Translations under genes and position numbers: made by a program
Part shown: positions 1-9,780 of the stretch, in pieces
How the letters are laid out: the number at the start of each line of letters is the position of its first letter
Position numbering within the stretch: position 1 is the stretch's first letter
Notes under the pieces: generated by a model
Seen by the model: only the letters and a program-made list of their open reading frames with translations
Databases searched by the model: none
Told to the model about the DNA's origin: nothing
Assembly (NCBI RefSeq): GCF_006345805.1
Contig: NW_021836666.1
Span: forward strand, 1-23,197
Direction: 5' to 3'
DNA length: 23,197 bases
Source of the DNA: Octopus sinensis
Lineage: Eukaryota

Positions 1-128
1 TACCAACCACATGGTTCCGGGTTCAGTCCCACTGCGTGGCACCTTGAGCAGGTGTCTTCTACTATAGCCTCGGGCCGACCAAGCCTGTGAGTGGATTTGA
101 TAGAGGGAAACTGAAAGAAGCCCGTCGT
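1..128 (+). mobile_element. tRNA-derived SINE family A, 5' half (cut by window start)
   Basis: B-box-like GGTTCAGTCCC, then CACCTTGAGCAGGTGTCTTC...GAAACTGAAAGAAGCCCGTCGT; near-identical to the reverse complement of 16692-16850. Confidence 0.85.
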
Positions 129-194
129 ATATATTGTTGTGCCAACTCAATTCCAATCAAAGACTATCGGTAGTAAACACAGCAATCCAACAAT

Positions 195-290
195 CATCTG
201 CCAAAGTGCAGTGCGATGTGATCGAACCTGGAATCACGTGGTTGAAAAACCAACTTCTTAACGACACAGTCATGTCTCACCCGTTGATAA
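195..290 (-). mobile_element. Old diverged SINE family A head
   Basis: Reverse complement CATGACTGTGTCGTTAAGAAGTTGG...AACCACGTGATTCCAGGTTCGATC aligns with the family A head (GGCTGTGTGGTAAG...AACCACATGGTTCCGGGTTCAGTC). Confidence 0.55.
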
Positions 291-737
291 CAATTTGCGT
301 AAAAAGAAGAAAAAAAAAGAAAAATATTTGTGTCAATGCCATGTATGTGTAATTCTGTCTTAACATGTTCGGGGGCAAAATCCTGTAATTGCACACGTAT
401 TTTTGCTTATCAGCAGCTATACATAGTACTATTCTTATAAACATATATGCATGTGGCTGTAGGGGAGGTTCACCATTCATACACACACGTATACATACAT
501 TCATACAAATGTACAAAAATGCATATATAACTATATACGTACGCACAAATGTACCTATAAGCCAATATATATATTCATGCATTCATATAGATATGCTTAC
601 ATTGAGACGTATCTGTCTATATACATGTATCAGAGAGAAGTCGTAAAATATAACCTATCAATCTATATCTACAGTCGCATGCGTGGCTGTCTGTTTGTCT
701 GTATGTTCTTTTCCTCTCTTTCTCTCTCTGTCTCTGT

Positions 738-779
738 ACATATATATACACACACCATATATATATATATATCGACTAC

Positions 780-824
<45 letters not shown>

Positions 825-825
825 A
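738..825. repeat. (TA)n microsatellite
   Basis: Direct reading. Confidence 0.95.
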
Positions 826-982
826 GGTGTGTATTTGAGCCTGAAGGATTGCTTAGAGGCACAAGGCATGATATGCAATAAACCTAATTGTGTTCCCACA
901 GCATGAAACTATAAGTAGTTTGCATTTAAATACTGTGTATATTATATTTATATGTATGTACATATGTTCCATTTTTCTTTTT

Positions 983-1602
983 AATAAATTTAGACTGGCC
1001 ACCTGCGTAGTAGTAAGATTATTGATCATCTTAGGTACTGGTTTTACTTGGGTACTGGTTTTACAAACATCCATAACTGTCCTCTTTCCCTTGTATTTTT
1101 CTAACCACATCTGTTATCCAGAGGGCACAGCTGATTTCCTCTACAAAACATACATTTTCTAAACATCTGGCCAGTTGTGTTTTAACTTGGTGGTCGTTTT
1201 ATTTTCAAGTTCCACCAAATACTCTTTTGATACCTCGGTCTCAGTATAGTCAACTCCGTCAAGTATATTTTTATCTTTTAATCCTGTTTCAGACTGTTCT
1301 GGCTGCTACATCATTCCCCATGGGAAGATGATATCTAGAAGGAATTCTCTGACTGTTGGCAATAATGTAGTTGGCTGTCTTCAGTCTTTGTATTGCACAG
1401 CCAATATGTGTTGTCTGTCTGTTTTCTTCCTTTTATGCTGTTGGTACTTGGTGAGATAACTTGCATGGAGGCAGCCTTCAAAGTGGGATGTCATAGATTT
1501 ATCGGTACTCCGTACCAAGCTTTTGACATGATCAGTCCCTTCTATGATTCGTCTTTTTCGTGTCAAGTACCCACATAATACCTTCTCAGTGAACTGGTCC
1601 AT
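983..1602 (-). mobile_element. Decayed R4/Dong-like (RLE-clade) non-LTR retrotransposon, 3' fragment
   Basis: Frameshifted minus-strand peptides SHFEGCLHA..LTKYQQHKR, YWLCNTKTED/YIIANSQRIPSRYHLPMGNDVAARTV (decayed CCHC knuckle) and TKLKHNWPDV..CFVEEISC (HNRPD restriction-like endonuclease motif). Shares DNA blocks and its 3' terminus with 2132-2892. Confidence 0.75.
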
Positions 1603-1747
1603 TTAAAAAAAATTTTTTTTTGATAAATAGATTTTTATCAATGCTCCTAAAGAAGAGGTCTGTATCAGCTCTTATTCCATACCCCTCCTTAAATTCATTA
1701 GCTATCTTAATTATGTATACATGTAAGTATGTATGTATGAGTGAGTG

Positions 1748-2075
1748 AAGGCGCATGGCTCAGTGGTTAGAGCGTCGAGCTTACGATCGTGAGGTTGTGA
1801 ATTCGAATCGCGGACCGGGCTACGTGTTGTGTTCTTGAGCAAGATATTTTATTTCTCGTTGCTCCAGTTCATTCAGCTATAGAAATGAGTTGCGACGTCA
1901 CTGGTGCCAAGCTGTATCGAGCCCTTTGCCTTTCCCTTGGACAACACCTTGGAGAGGTGAGGCCGGTATGCATGGACGACTGCTGGTCTTTCATAAACAA
2001 CCTTGCCCGGACTTTACCAGGGAGGGTAACTTTCTAGGTGCAATCCCATGGTCAGTCATGACCGAAGGGGGTCTC
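1748..2075 (+). mobile_element. tRNA-derived SINE family B (CORE-like central domain), full length
   Basis: A box TGGCTCAGTGG and B box ATTCGAATC; GTGTTCTTGAGCAAG...CAGTTCATTCAGCTATAGAAATGAG resembles the MIR/CORE domain. Homologous copies at 2357-2705 and 16310-16652. Confidence 0.9.
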
Positions 2076-2131
2076 AGCAGATGTATGTATGTTCGTATGT
2101 TCATTCTTTCGTTCTTTCTCTTTATATTTAG

Positions 2132-2892
2132 AATAAATTTTAACCGGCCATCGCCCTGGTAGCAAGGTTGCGAAGGAAAGTATCATGATTTAACCGTCAT
2201 CCTTTAAATCTTAAGAAGGTCTTGCAGATTTTTATGGTCCCGAATATCGGGATCAGCTGTAGCGTATGAATTAAGGATTTGCATTCTCTCCCCAAGATTC
2301 CAAGTTCAACCATACTCTGCTCGAAACGGGTTTGTATGTATCTCGTTGCTCCAATATTGTGATTGTGACCCCCTTCGGTCAGACACTGACCATGGGCTTG
2401 CACCTAGAGAGTAACCCTCTGAGGCACAAGTCTGGGCAAGGTTGTTTTATTGAAGACCAGCAGTCGCCCATACATAACGGCCTTCCCTCTCCACGTCACC
2501 AGTGTTGTCCAAGGGAAAGGCAAAAGAGGCCGATACAGATTGGCACCCGTGACGTCGCAACTCATTTCTACAGCTGAGTGACCTGGAGCAACGTGAAATA
2601 AAGCGTCTTGCTCAAGAACACAACACGCAGCCCGGTCCGGGATTCGAGCTCACAACCTCACGATCGTAAGCTCGACGCTTTAACCACTGAGCCACGCGCC
2701 TTTACTTGCTCCAATAACAATGAGTATTAGTCTGAAAGTGTATCTTGGGTACTGGATTCACAAACTCCTTATCAATAATCCATTGATGTCCTCTTTCCCT
2801 TGTCTTTTCTGACCCCATTCGTGTCCAAGGGGAAGCTGCTTTCCACTATGTCTTTCTTTGTGATCCCACACAATGATATCTGACCGGTTGTG
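2132..2892 (-). mobile_element. R4/Dong-like LINE 3' end, interrupted by a SINE
   Basis: Removing 2357-2716 gives a contiguous frame HNRSDIIVWDHKE...LLIRSL*IQYPRYTFRLILIVIGATRYIQ...IHTLQLIPIFGTIKICKTFLRFKG*, the RLE domain and C-terminus typical of R4/Dong. The 5' end is truncated at a (CA)n run. Confidence 0.85.
2357..2705 (-). mobile_element. SINE family B with 11-bp TSD
   Basis: Reverse-complement copy of 1748-2075; TTGCTCCAATA at 2346-2356 and 2706-2716. Confidence 0.92.
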
Positions 2893-2894
2893 TG

Positions 2895-2897
<3 letters not shown>

Positions 2898-2937
<40 letters not shown>
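2898..2937. repeat. (TG)n microsatellite
   Basis: Direct reading. Confidence 0.95.
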
Positions 2938-2938
<1 letters not shown>

Positions 2939-2963
2939 ATTATTCAGTTTTATTTTAAGATTT

Positions 2964-3092
2964 GAGATCGACTTAGTCTTTCATCCTTTCGGGTCGATAA
3001 ATTAAGTACCAGTTACGCACTGGTGTCGATGTAATCAACTAGTCCCTTCCCGTAAAATTCCAGGCCTTCTGCCTTTATTAGAAAGGATTATT
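2964..3092 (+). mobile_element. SINE family C, 5'-truncated
   Basis: TTTCATCCTTTCGGGTCGATAAATTAAGTACCAG core and ATT tail, as in 8588-8822. Confidence 0.8.
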
Positions 3093-3494
3093 GTTATTAT
3101 TTACTACGAATTTCCGTCTGAAAATTTTTTTTTCCCCGACTTAACTTGGTGTTTTACAAGTGTAGCTGATACAAGTAATTTTATTTTTAGATATTATTTC
3201 CCTCATGGATCTTTACGAATGATCTACTGGGGTTGGACAACAAGGTTAGTTTTTTTTTTTTTTTTTTTTCAAATATTTAAATTTATTCCATTATCTATCG
3301 CAAGGACTGAAAGAAAAAATCGCTTTTTCTTCCCTCGGGAGGGAATCCGCCCCATAGAAAAATACCCTAAACAAAGCAAAATATCACTAATGGAATTACC
3401 TCCCAAATTACGATCCCAATAGAAGACAAGGAAAAAACATTATGTTCACCAAAATAGCTGAGAGATTCGAATAATGGGAAGCTACACCAGAACT

Positions 3495-3585
3495 TCATCG
3501 TCATCATCATCACCGCCATCATCCCCACTACTACTATCACCATCATCATCATCATCATCCCCATCGCCACCATCACCACCACTTC
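3495..3585. repeat. (CAT/CAC)n low-complexity tract
   Basis: Direct reading. Confidence 0.9.
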
Positions 3586-3596
3586 CACAGAAGACT

Positions 3597-3843
3597 GCTT
3601 CTAGATACCTAAAGAAATCTGTCCACCCTGCTTCAAACGGAGTATAAGCCGTTCAAGAATTTGGGCCTGGAGATCTCCATTTCCAGCGACTTCGAGGGCC
3701 ACCTCCCAGTGGTGTCGGGCGTCAACGAAGAGCCCTCGACTACAACAAGACGACCAAGGTCTGGGGTCTCCCGCCCCTAAGCCCTAGACCATCCCCTAAT
3801 CACCCTAACCCGACTTGTTGCTTAACAACAACAACAACAACAA
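3597..3843 (+). mobile_element. GC-rich segment ending in (AAC)n; possible 3' end of an unclassified retroposon
   Basis: Abrupt GC-rich island with a trinucleotide tail; no protein motif recognised. Confidence 0.3.
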
Positions 3844-4924
3844 CGGAGTATTATGAAGCACCCACTAGTAGTCAGTGTTTATTCTGCCATTTATTCTTGG
3901 ACCAACGATTTTCCATTTGAATCCAAGAAGATATCTGTAGCTATGTATTATGACCTTTCCGAAACAACATTTTTTTCGTCCATCTCGTTCTTTGTTGGTC
4001 AAAATAACTGCGTCCACTTGGAAGTAAGAGACAAGAATTGCGAGTAAGTGTGTTCAGAAAATCTTAGCTTCGATGATGGCAGCTTTATCTAAATCATGTA
4101 ACTTAATGTCATTAAGCAAATTATTGCAGGCCACGTGCAATTTATGTAATTCATTATTACTGCTGCCACATTAGCCGGATATAAAAGGAGAGAAGTTACT
4201 TATCTTGGTATAGAATAGATAATCCGGTTGCAATGACAGAAACGGAACTTTGGAAAGCACCAACGCGCGTCCATCATGGTCCGCCAATGACTGAATTGTA
4301 GCTTTGTTGTCAGGTTGCGCCTCTGCTACTTCGGGACCATGGAGGGGCTTTCTCTACCTCGAATCTTAGAGCGGGTACCTTGTCTCTGAAAATGCAATCT
4401 TCGTACTTCACATTGAAGAATTAATCCAGTGCCAATCTCACAACGAGCATGTCAATTGTGATACCTTTGCTAATCACTGCTTTTAAGTTTCTAATTCTCC
4501 CTCATTTCTAGTTTTCTCCATCGCTCCATTATAAACTCCATTGATTCTATTCTCATCGCCCTTTCCACACCGGACCACCATTTATTTAGCATTTCCTTTT
4601 ACTCGGTTTATGTAAACTTGACGCCCCAGTAGCAAATCATGCAGCTTCCAGTTACTTTGTCCCGGTCTATGACACTTTATCCAGTCGACCGTAAAGGTCA
4701 CAAGTTGTGGCCTGCATAGCCGACGATTTTAAAATTAGACAACCTGTGATGCCCTTATCTGCTGATCTACAGAATTTTCTATCTAGATATGTTCTGCAAA
4801 ACTCGATGCGGTTTATCCATTGGTAACCTCGAGAAATTCATTCGGTATGAGTAGGTTAGTGAAACTTTTGCATGCCCCTTCTTTATTGTCAAGCCCAGTA
4901 GTTCACAATCGGGGCACATATGAA

Positions 4925-5260
4925 CCTTGGAGGTCCATATAAGTTTTTTCGGAGTCCATGCAAGCAAAGTACTAAATTGGGTCCCACAGTAGTATTCTAA
5001 GGGTCCACGAATAGATTTTGCTTTTAGATGTATTTATTGTAAGAAACGGCGAAGTTTCTTTTTATAATGTTTTGTACAATTCAACATGTTTCCAGCTACT
5101 GATACATTTTCTCTCAGAGAGTAATATGGCAAAACTTCATAAGGCAGCAAGTGGAAAATTAAAAAATGAATTTTTAAAGAAGTTTCGGTAACACTAATTT
5201 TTAAATATCGAATGGCGATAGGGGGTGGGGGTCCACCAAACTAAAATAGAAATTAAAGGA
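4925..5260. mobile_element. Possible non-autonomous DNA transposon (hAT/MITE-like) remnant
   Basis: Five GG(G/A)TCC(A/C) motifs at about 4929, 4951, 4979, 5001 and 5228, like subterminal transposase-binding repeats; TIR and TSD not resolved. Confidence 0.3.
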
Positions 5261-5304
5261 GTTCATTGATAAAAAAAGAAAGAGGTTGAAAATGATTGAT
5301 TATT

Positions 5305-5630
5305 TCCTAACCACATGACTCCAGTTTCATCTCCACTGCATGAGAGCTTGGGCAAATAGCATCTATTATAACCCCAGACTGAGTGGGCGTGGCAGATGGA
5401 AACTAAAAGAAGCCAGTCATTTATGACTGTGTGTGTCTTCGAGTCTGTTTGTCCCCCACCACCGCTTGACAACGGGTGTTGGTGTGTTTACGTCTAAGTT
5501 CGGCAGAAAAAGAAAAGACGATAGATAAAGTACCAGGTTTTAAAAATTATAAGTCCTGGGTCGATTCATTCGACTACAAACTCTTCGAGGCGATATCCAA
5601 GCATGGCCGCAGTCTAATGACTGAAGTAAG
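5305..5630 (+). mobile_element. Diverged near-full-length SINE family A
   Basis: Head AACCACATGACTCC..CTTGGGCAAAT, GGAAACTAAAAGAAGCC, central TG tract, then a 3' half (CCACCGCTTGACAAC...GCATGGCCGCAGTCTAATGACTGAA) matching the reverse complement of 15885-16075. Confidence 0.8.

Positions 5631-5631
<1 letters not shown>

Positions 5632-5688
<57 letters not shown>
5632..5688. repeat. (TA)n microsatellite
   Basis: Direct reading. Confidence 0.95.
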
Positions 5689-5944
5689 CAAATCCTCCAA
5701 AAATGTGTGTGGAGGCGCCTAGCTTGGAAATTCTGATGGCTACACATTGAAGACCAACAGCACATCTATAGTTAGTGCCCTGAGGTCGTTGAGCAGGAAC
5801 CCCACTTGCAGGCGTCATCAAGCTACGTGTGCTGATACTGCACATTCCAAGTAAATATAATAATAATGATGATGATGATAAAATACCAAACAACATAGAG
5901 GTGTGACAGCGAGCTGTCGGGAAGATAGATCAAATCTGAAACCA

Positions 5945-6050
5945 ACACGAAGCAGGAATTTAGAAGTCTTTTACGTTTCGAGCCTACGCTCTTTTACAGA
6001 AAGGGACACAGAAAAAACAAGGAGAGAAAAATGTGTGTAGTGGCTAACGG

Positions 6051-6052
<2 letters not shown>
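5945..6052 (-). mobile_element. Penelope-like terminal repeat fragment with decayed hammerhead-like motif (5966-6007)
   Basis: Reverse complement TTAGCCACTACACAC...CTTTCTGTAAAAGAGCGTAGGCTCGAAACGTAAAAGAC; homologous to 12448-12633 and 13045-13340. Confidence 0.65.
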
Positions 6053-6132
<80 letters not shown>

Positions 6133-6152
6133 TATATATATATATATATATA
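6053..6152. repeat. (CTAT)n plus (TA)n compound microsatellite
   Basis: Direct reading. Confidence 0.95.
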
Positions 6153-6687
6153 GATACGAGTAAACGAGAACGATATATAAAGATAACGATAAACGAGTAA
6201 ACGAGAACGAGTGAACGAGTATATGCAAAGAATAGCTTTACAGGTTTATTCACTACAAACCTGTGAGTAAAATTTTAAATTCTAATTAAAATATGTATCC
6301 GTAATTATACAAGACCTCCATATATATATATATGCACATTTCTGTTTCTTCTCGGTCTCTCACTGATACATCAATAATAATTATAAATATGAAAGAAACA
6401 TCAACACATATCCATGGGCGGTGTTCAGTTTTAAAAGTAAACGCTGTAAAAACGATCCCATAACAAAACCAACAAAAAGAGAAATAACGGTGGACAGATA
6501 ATCATAAATACTATGAAACAGTTGATTTATGATATAAACACACACAATTATACAAACACTCCAAAAACATACAGGAATAAACTCGTACAGTAAGTAGAAA
6601 CAATATATTTCTATTTTCAAAAATCAGTGAATGCATTTCACTTGAAATATGTTTTCAAAGGCGGATAGGCATCGACAGCTAGCAAGC

Positions 6688-6740
6688 CATGCTACTCCAG
6701 ACTGATGATGGGCAATGACTCTGAAACTAGTCTCAGCATG
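6688..6740 (+). ncRNA. Minimal type-I hammerhead ribozyme motif
   Basis: Intact core CTGATGA (6702-6708), weak helix II (6709-6722), GAAA (6723-6726), palindromic helix III ACTAGT, GTC cleavage triplet (cut after 6732); helix I GA/TC, a bulge, then CATGCT/AGCATG. Confidence 0.6.
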
Positions 6741-7699
6741 CTGGCTTTGCTGGGTGGAGGTGCTTATCTCCCCTTTGAACACATAAGGACACAGGAAATG
6801 TGTCAAGTCCAACAGGAAACGGTGTTTCCTAGGGCTAAATAACAGCAACATTCTTCCCTTTCATGGGATTGTCACATTAAGTTGACAACATACTATCATT
6901 TTATCATACTGTAAATACCCAGTAAAATGGACAAAACCCACGGCATGTGCCTTAGAAGGCTGTTACCCGATAGAAGAACACAACCCACGCTGCACAAACA
7001 ATACACAGTACAAAGAAGACTCAAACCAAACACCATAAAAAAGATACTGATACAGTACAATATCCCAACAAAAAATAAAAATAAAATGCAGTACACACCA
7101 CACCACCAGCACAGAGGTGCAACAAATGAGGCAATAGGAAATTGATTGAATCTATCGGATGTCGAAAAATAATAGTGGTGATGACGTTGGTGCGCTAATC
7201 ATTCTGCCAGTACACCACCTTAACTAAAAATAATAATTATTATAAATACATACAAGTATACTTTAAAAAAGTATATGTTATAATATTTATGAGGAAAATA
7301 TTTAAGGATTCAAATTACAATATAAACTTTATATATATTATAAAGCTACAAAAACTATTATTTCCTGTAATAATTTCTTAAGTGTGTGTATTTTCAGTCG
7401 CGTCAGCACATAGAGCGTAGTTAATAGAGCGTCGTACATCTTAAGTGTTTATCAAAGATATTTCAAACCGCAACGCTTTCTAGATATCTTATATTTTAGA
7501 TTAAAAACAAAAAGAAAAAATGATATATATCTCAGTAATTGCTCCAACTGATATTCAAGATTGCTTATACATTTATGCATATGCATAGAAATAGAGTATA
7601 TTTATATATAATGAGTGCATGCACATTAGTGCATACCGAATGTGAGGCGTAGGGTAACGCAATTTTTAATAGAATTACATTCAATTACATCAATTACAT

Positions 7700-7730
7700 T
7701 TCGTGTGTATATATAATATATAACATACAT

Positions 7731-7802
<72 letters not shown>
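7700..7802. repeat. (TA)n-rich microsatellite
   Basis: Direct reading. Confidence 0.95.
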
Positions 7803-7806
<4 letters not shown>

Positions 7807-7902
7807 TAAAAACGGTAAGATAACAAAAGAAAGAAAGAGACTTCAATATTATGTAAACAGAGGAAATTTATCTGTAAAATAATATGTGACATTATTCGGT
7901 AG

Positions 7903-7969
7903 CCAAGATAAAACTTGAGTTTCGGATGTCGAGGTGGAAATCTACAACACCATCTCTTCGGTTATCTGG
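7903..7969 (-). ncRNA. Variant minimal type-I hammerhead-like motif within a probable Penelope-type terminal repeat (about 7803-7975)
   Basis: Minus strand reads CCAGATAA-CCGAAGA-GATG..CATC-C-GAAA-CTCAAGT-T-TTATCTTGG: helix I AGATAA/TTATCT, helix II GATG/CATC, helix III ACT/AGT. The core carries U4C. Confidence 0.5.
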
Positions 7970-7988
7970 CCATCTCATATACATATGT

Positions 7989-8288
7989 GGAGACGCAATC
8001 GCCCAATGGTTAGGGCAGGGGACTCGCGGTTGTAAGATCGCGGTTTTAATTCCCAGACCGGGCGTTGTGGGTGTTTATTGAGCGAAAACACCTAAAAGCT
8101 CCACGAGGCTCCAGCAGGGAGTGGTGGTGATCCCGGCCGTACTCTTTCGCCGCAACTTTCTCCCACTCTTTCTTCTGTTGGCCTGCTCGCTTAGCCAGCG
8201 GATGGCGTCATTTGAAGGCTAAAACAATGCAAAGCGCATTGTAACCAGCGATGTGTACAACATCTCATAGCATGTCGGTCATGGTGAT
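7989..8288 (+). mobile_element. tRNA-derived SINE family D, full length
   Basis: GGAGACGCAATCGCCCAATGGTTAGGGCAG head and TGTTTATTGAGCGAAAACACC core; homologous along its length to 15132-15425. Confidence 0.88.
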
Positions 8289-8299
8289 ATATATATATA

Positions 8300-8337
<38 letters not shown>

Positions 8338-8466
8338 TGTGCAAATGTATATTGATGTGTGTCTGGTGGATATTTATATGAACAAAAAGAGTTAGTTCTA
8401 TGCAACGAAAGAGGTGTGTATGTGTGCGTGTGTGTGTGTGTGTGTGTGTGGTGTGTGTGTGTGTGT
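8289..8466. repeat. (TA)n and (TG)n microsatellites
   Basis: Direct reading; short unique spacer between the two runs. Confidence 0.9.
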
Positions 8467-8587
8467 ACACTACGTTACCGAGTCGTCAAAAATATCTACG
8501 GTTTTCCCAATGTTAGACAATATGGTGCACACAAACAGTGGGAGAAACCATTGATAAATGACAGCAATTAAGTAAATATATGTACAT

Positions 8588-8822
8588 AAGGCGGCGAGCT
8601 GGCAGGAACGTTAGCACGCCGGGCGAAATGCGTAGCCGTATTTCGTCTGCCGTTACGTTCTGGGTTCAAATTCCGCCGAGGTCGACTTTGCCTTTCATCC
8701 TTTCGGGGTCGATAAATTAAGTACCAGTTACCCACTGGGGTCGATATAATCGATTTAATCCGTTTGTTTGTCTTTGTTTGTCCTCTCTATGTTTAGCTCT
8801 TTGTGGGCAATAAAAAGAAATT
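8588..8822 (+). mobile_element. SINE family C, full length, young-looking
   Basis: GGCGGCGAGCTGGCAG head, B box GGTTCAAATTCC, CCGAGGTCGACTTTGCCTTTCATCCTTTCGGGGTCGATAAATTAAGTACCAG core; close to 18135-18367. Confidence 0.9.
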
Positions 8823-8949
8823 AAGGAAATATATATACATGCACAGAATTGAAGCATTTGCATTATAAGATGCAGTTGTGATAAGTTGTAAATGTATCGG
8901 TTGAAAATATTCTTTTCCCTGTTGAAATGGTTCGAACAAGTTTTGTACC

Positions 8950-9110
8950 ACCGGATGCCATTCCTGTCGTTAACTCTTACCAGTTTCCAAGTAAACTAAC
9001 ATCTTACCATGTCCAGACATGATTACGTGGAAGATTGAAACACAAAGAACGCCTCTTTCATCACGGTGACACTCGCTTACAACTATTGTCCGAAGTCAAA
9101 TCAAGGATAC
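8950..9110. mobile_element. Decayed interspersed repeat fragment (unclassified)
   Basis: CCGGATGCCATTCCTGTCG...CATGTCCAGACATG...GGTGACACTCGCTTACAACTA resembles a cephalopod repeat I recall; no second copy in the window. Confidence 0.3.
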
Positions 9111-9366
9111 AGAAAAACAAACAGACACACAGATGTGTGTGTGTGTGTGTGTGTGTATTTGTATAGATACATATGAACAAGTGTGTGTGTGTGTGTGTGT
9201 GCAAAGGAACGCAAGTGTGGGTAAGGTAATGAGTACATTTGGGTACCGACACACTTTCTTATTCTTATTTTTCTTAATTAATCCTTGTCTGTATCTATAA
9301 CATTACAACGAAATCTGTCACTTGCCATTCCTGTCCAACTTTTAATCTACAGCCTTTAAAAATGCT

Positions 9367-9369
9367 GTA

Positions 9370-9411
<42 letters not shown>

Positions 9412-9492
9412 ATTATATATATATGTGTGTGTGTGTGTGTATGTATGTATATATATATATATATATATTAATCTACAGCCTTTAACAAAATG

Positions 9493-9583
<91 letters not shown>

Positions 9584-9606
9584 ATATATATATATATGTA
9601 TGTATG

Positions 9607-9641
<35 letters not shown>

Positions 9642-9780
9642 ATATATATTATATATATATATAATATATATACATAGATATATATATACATATATATATA
9701 TAACATATATAATATGTGCATATATATACACATATATAATATATACATACTTGTATATATATATAATATATATATATATC
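9367..9780. repeat. Long compound (TA)/(TG)/(TATG) microsatellite
   Basis: Direct reading; source of several spurious YIYI ORFs. Confidence 0.95.

Noticed and set aside
1748-1825. tRNA-like heads (also 7989, 8588, 15132, 16310, 19176) as tRNA genes
   Set aside because: A and B boxes are present but acceptor and anticodon stems do not pair, and each continues into a repeated SINE body.
3853-4050. 64-aa ORF ending at a good donor-like site (GA|GTAAGT) as a host exon
   Set aside because: No recognisable protein, no convincing acceptor and no partner exons; cannot be supported without RNA data.
4200-4920. Moderately GC-rich unique-looking stretch as decayed coding sequence
   Set aside because: The frames I translated have frequent stops and no RT, transposase or host motif.
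5700-5870. Minus-strand TWNV peptide as an APE endonuclease start
   Set aside because: Four residues only; no downstream APE motifs.
6330-6620. GIY-YIG remnant upstream of the hammerhead at 6702
   Set aside because: Only a vague RW..NHK resemblance; no YIG motif in the frames checked.
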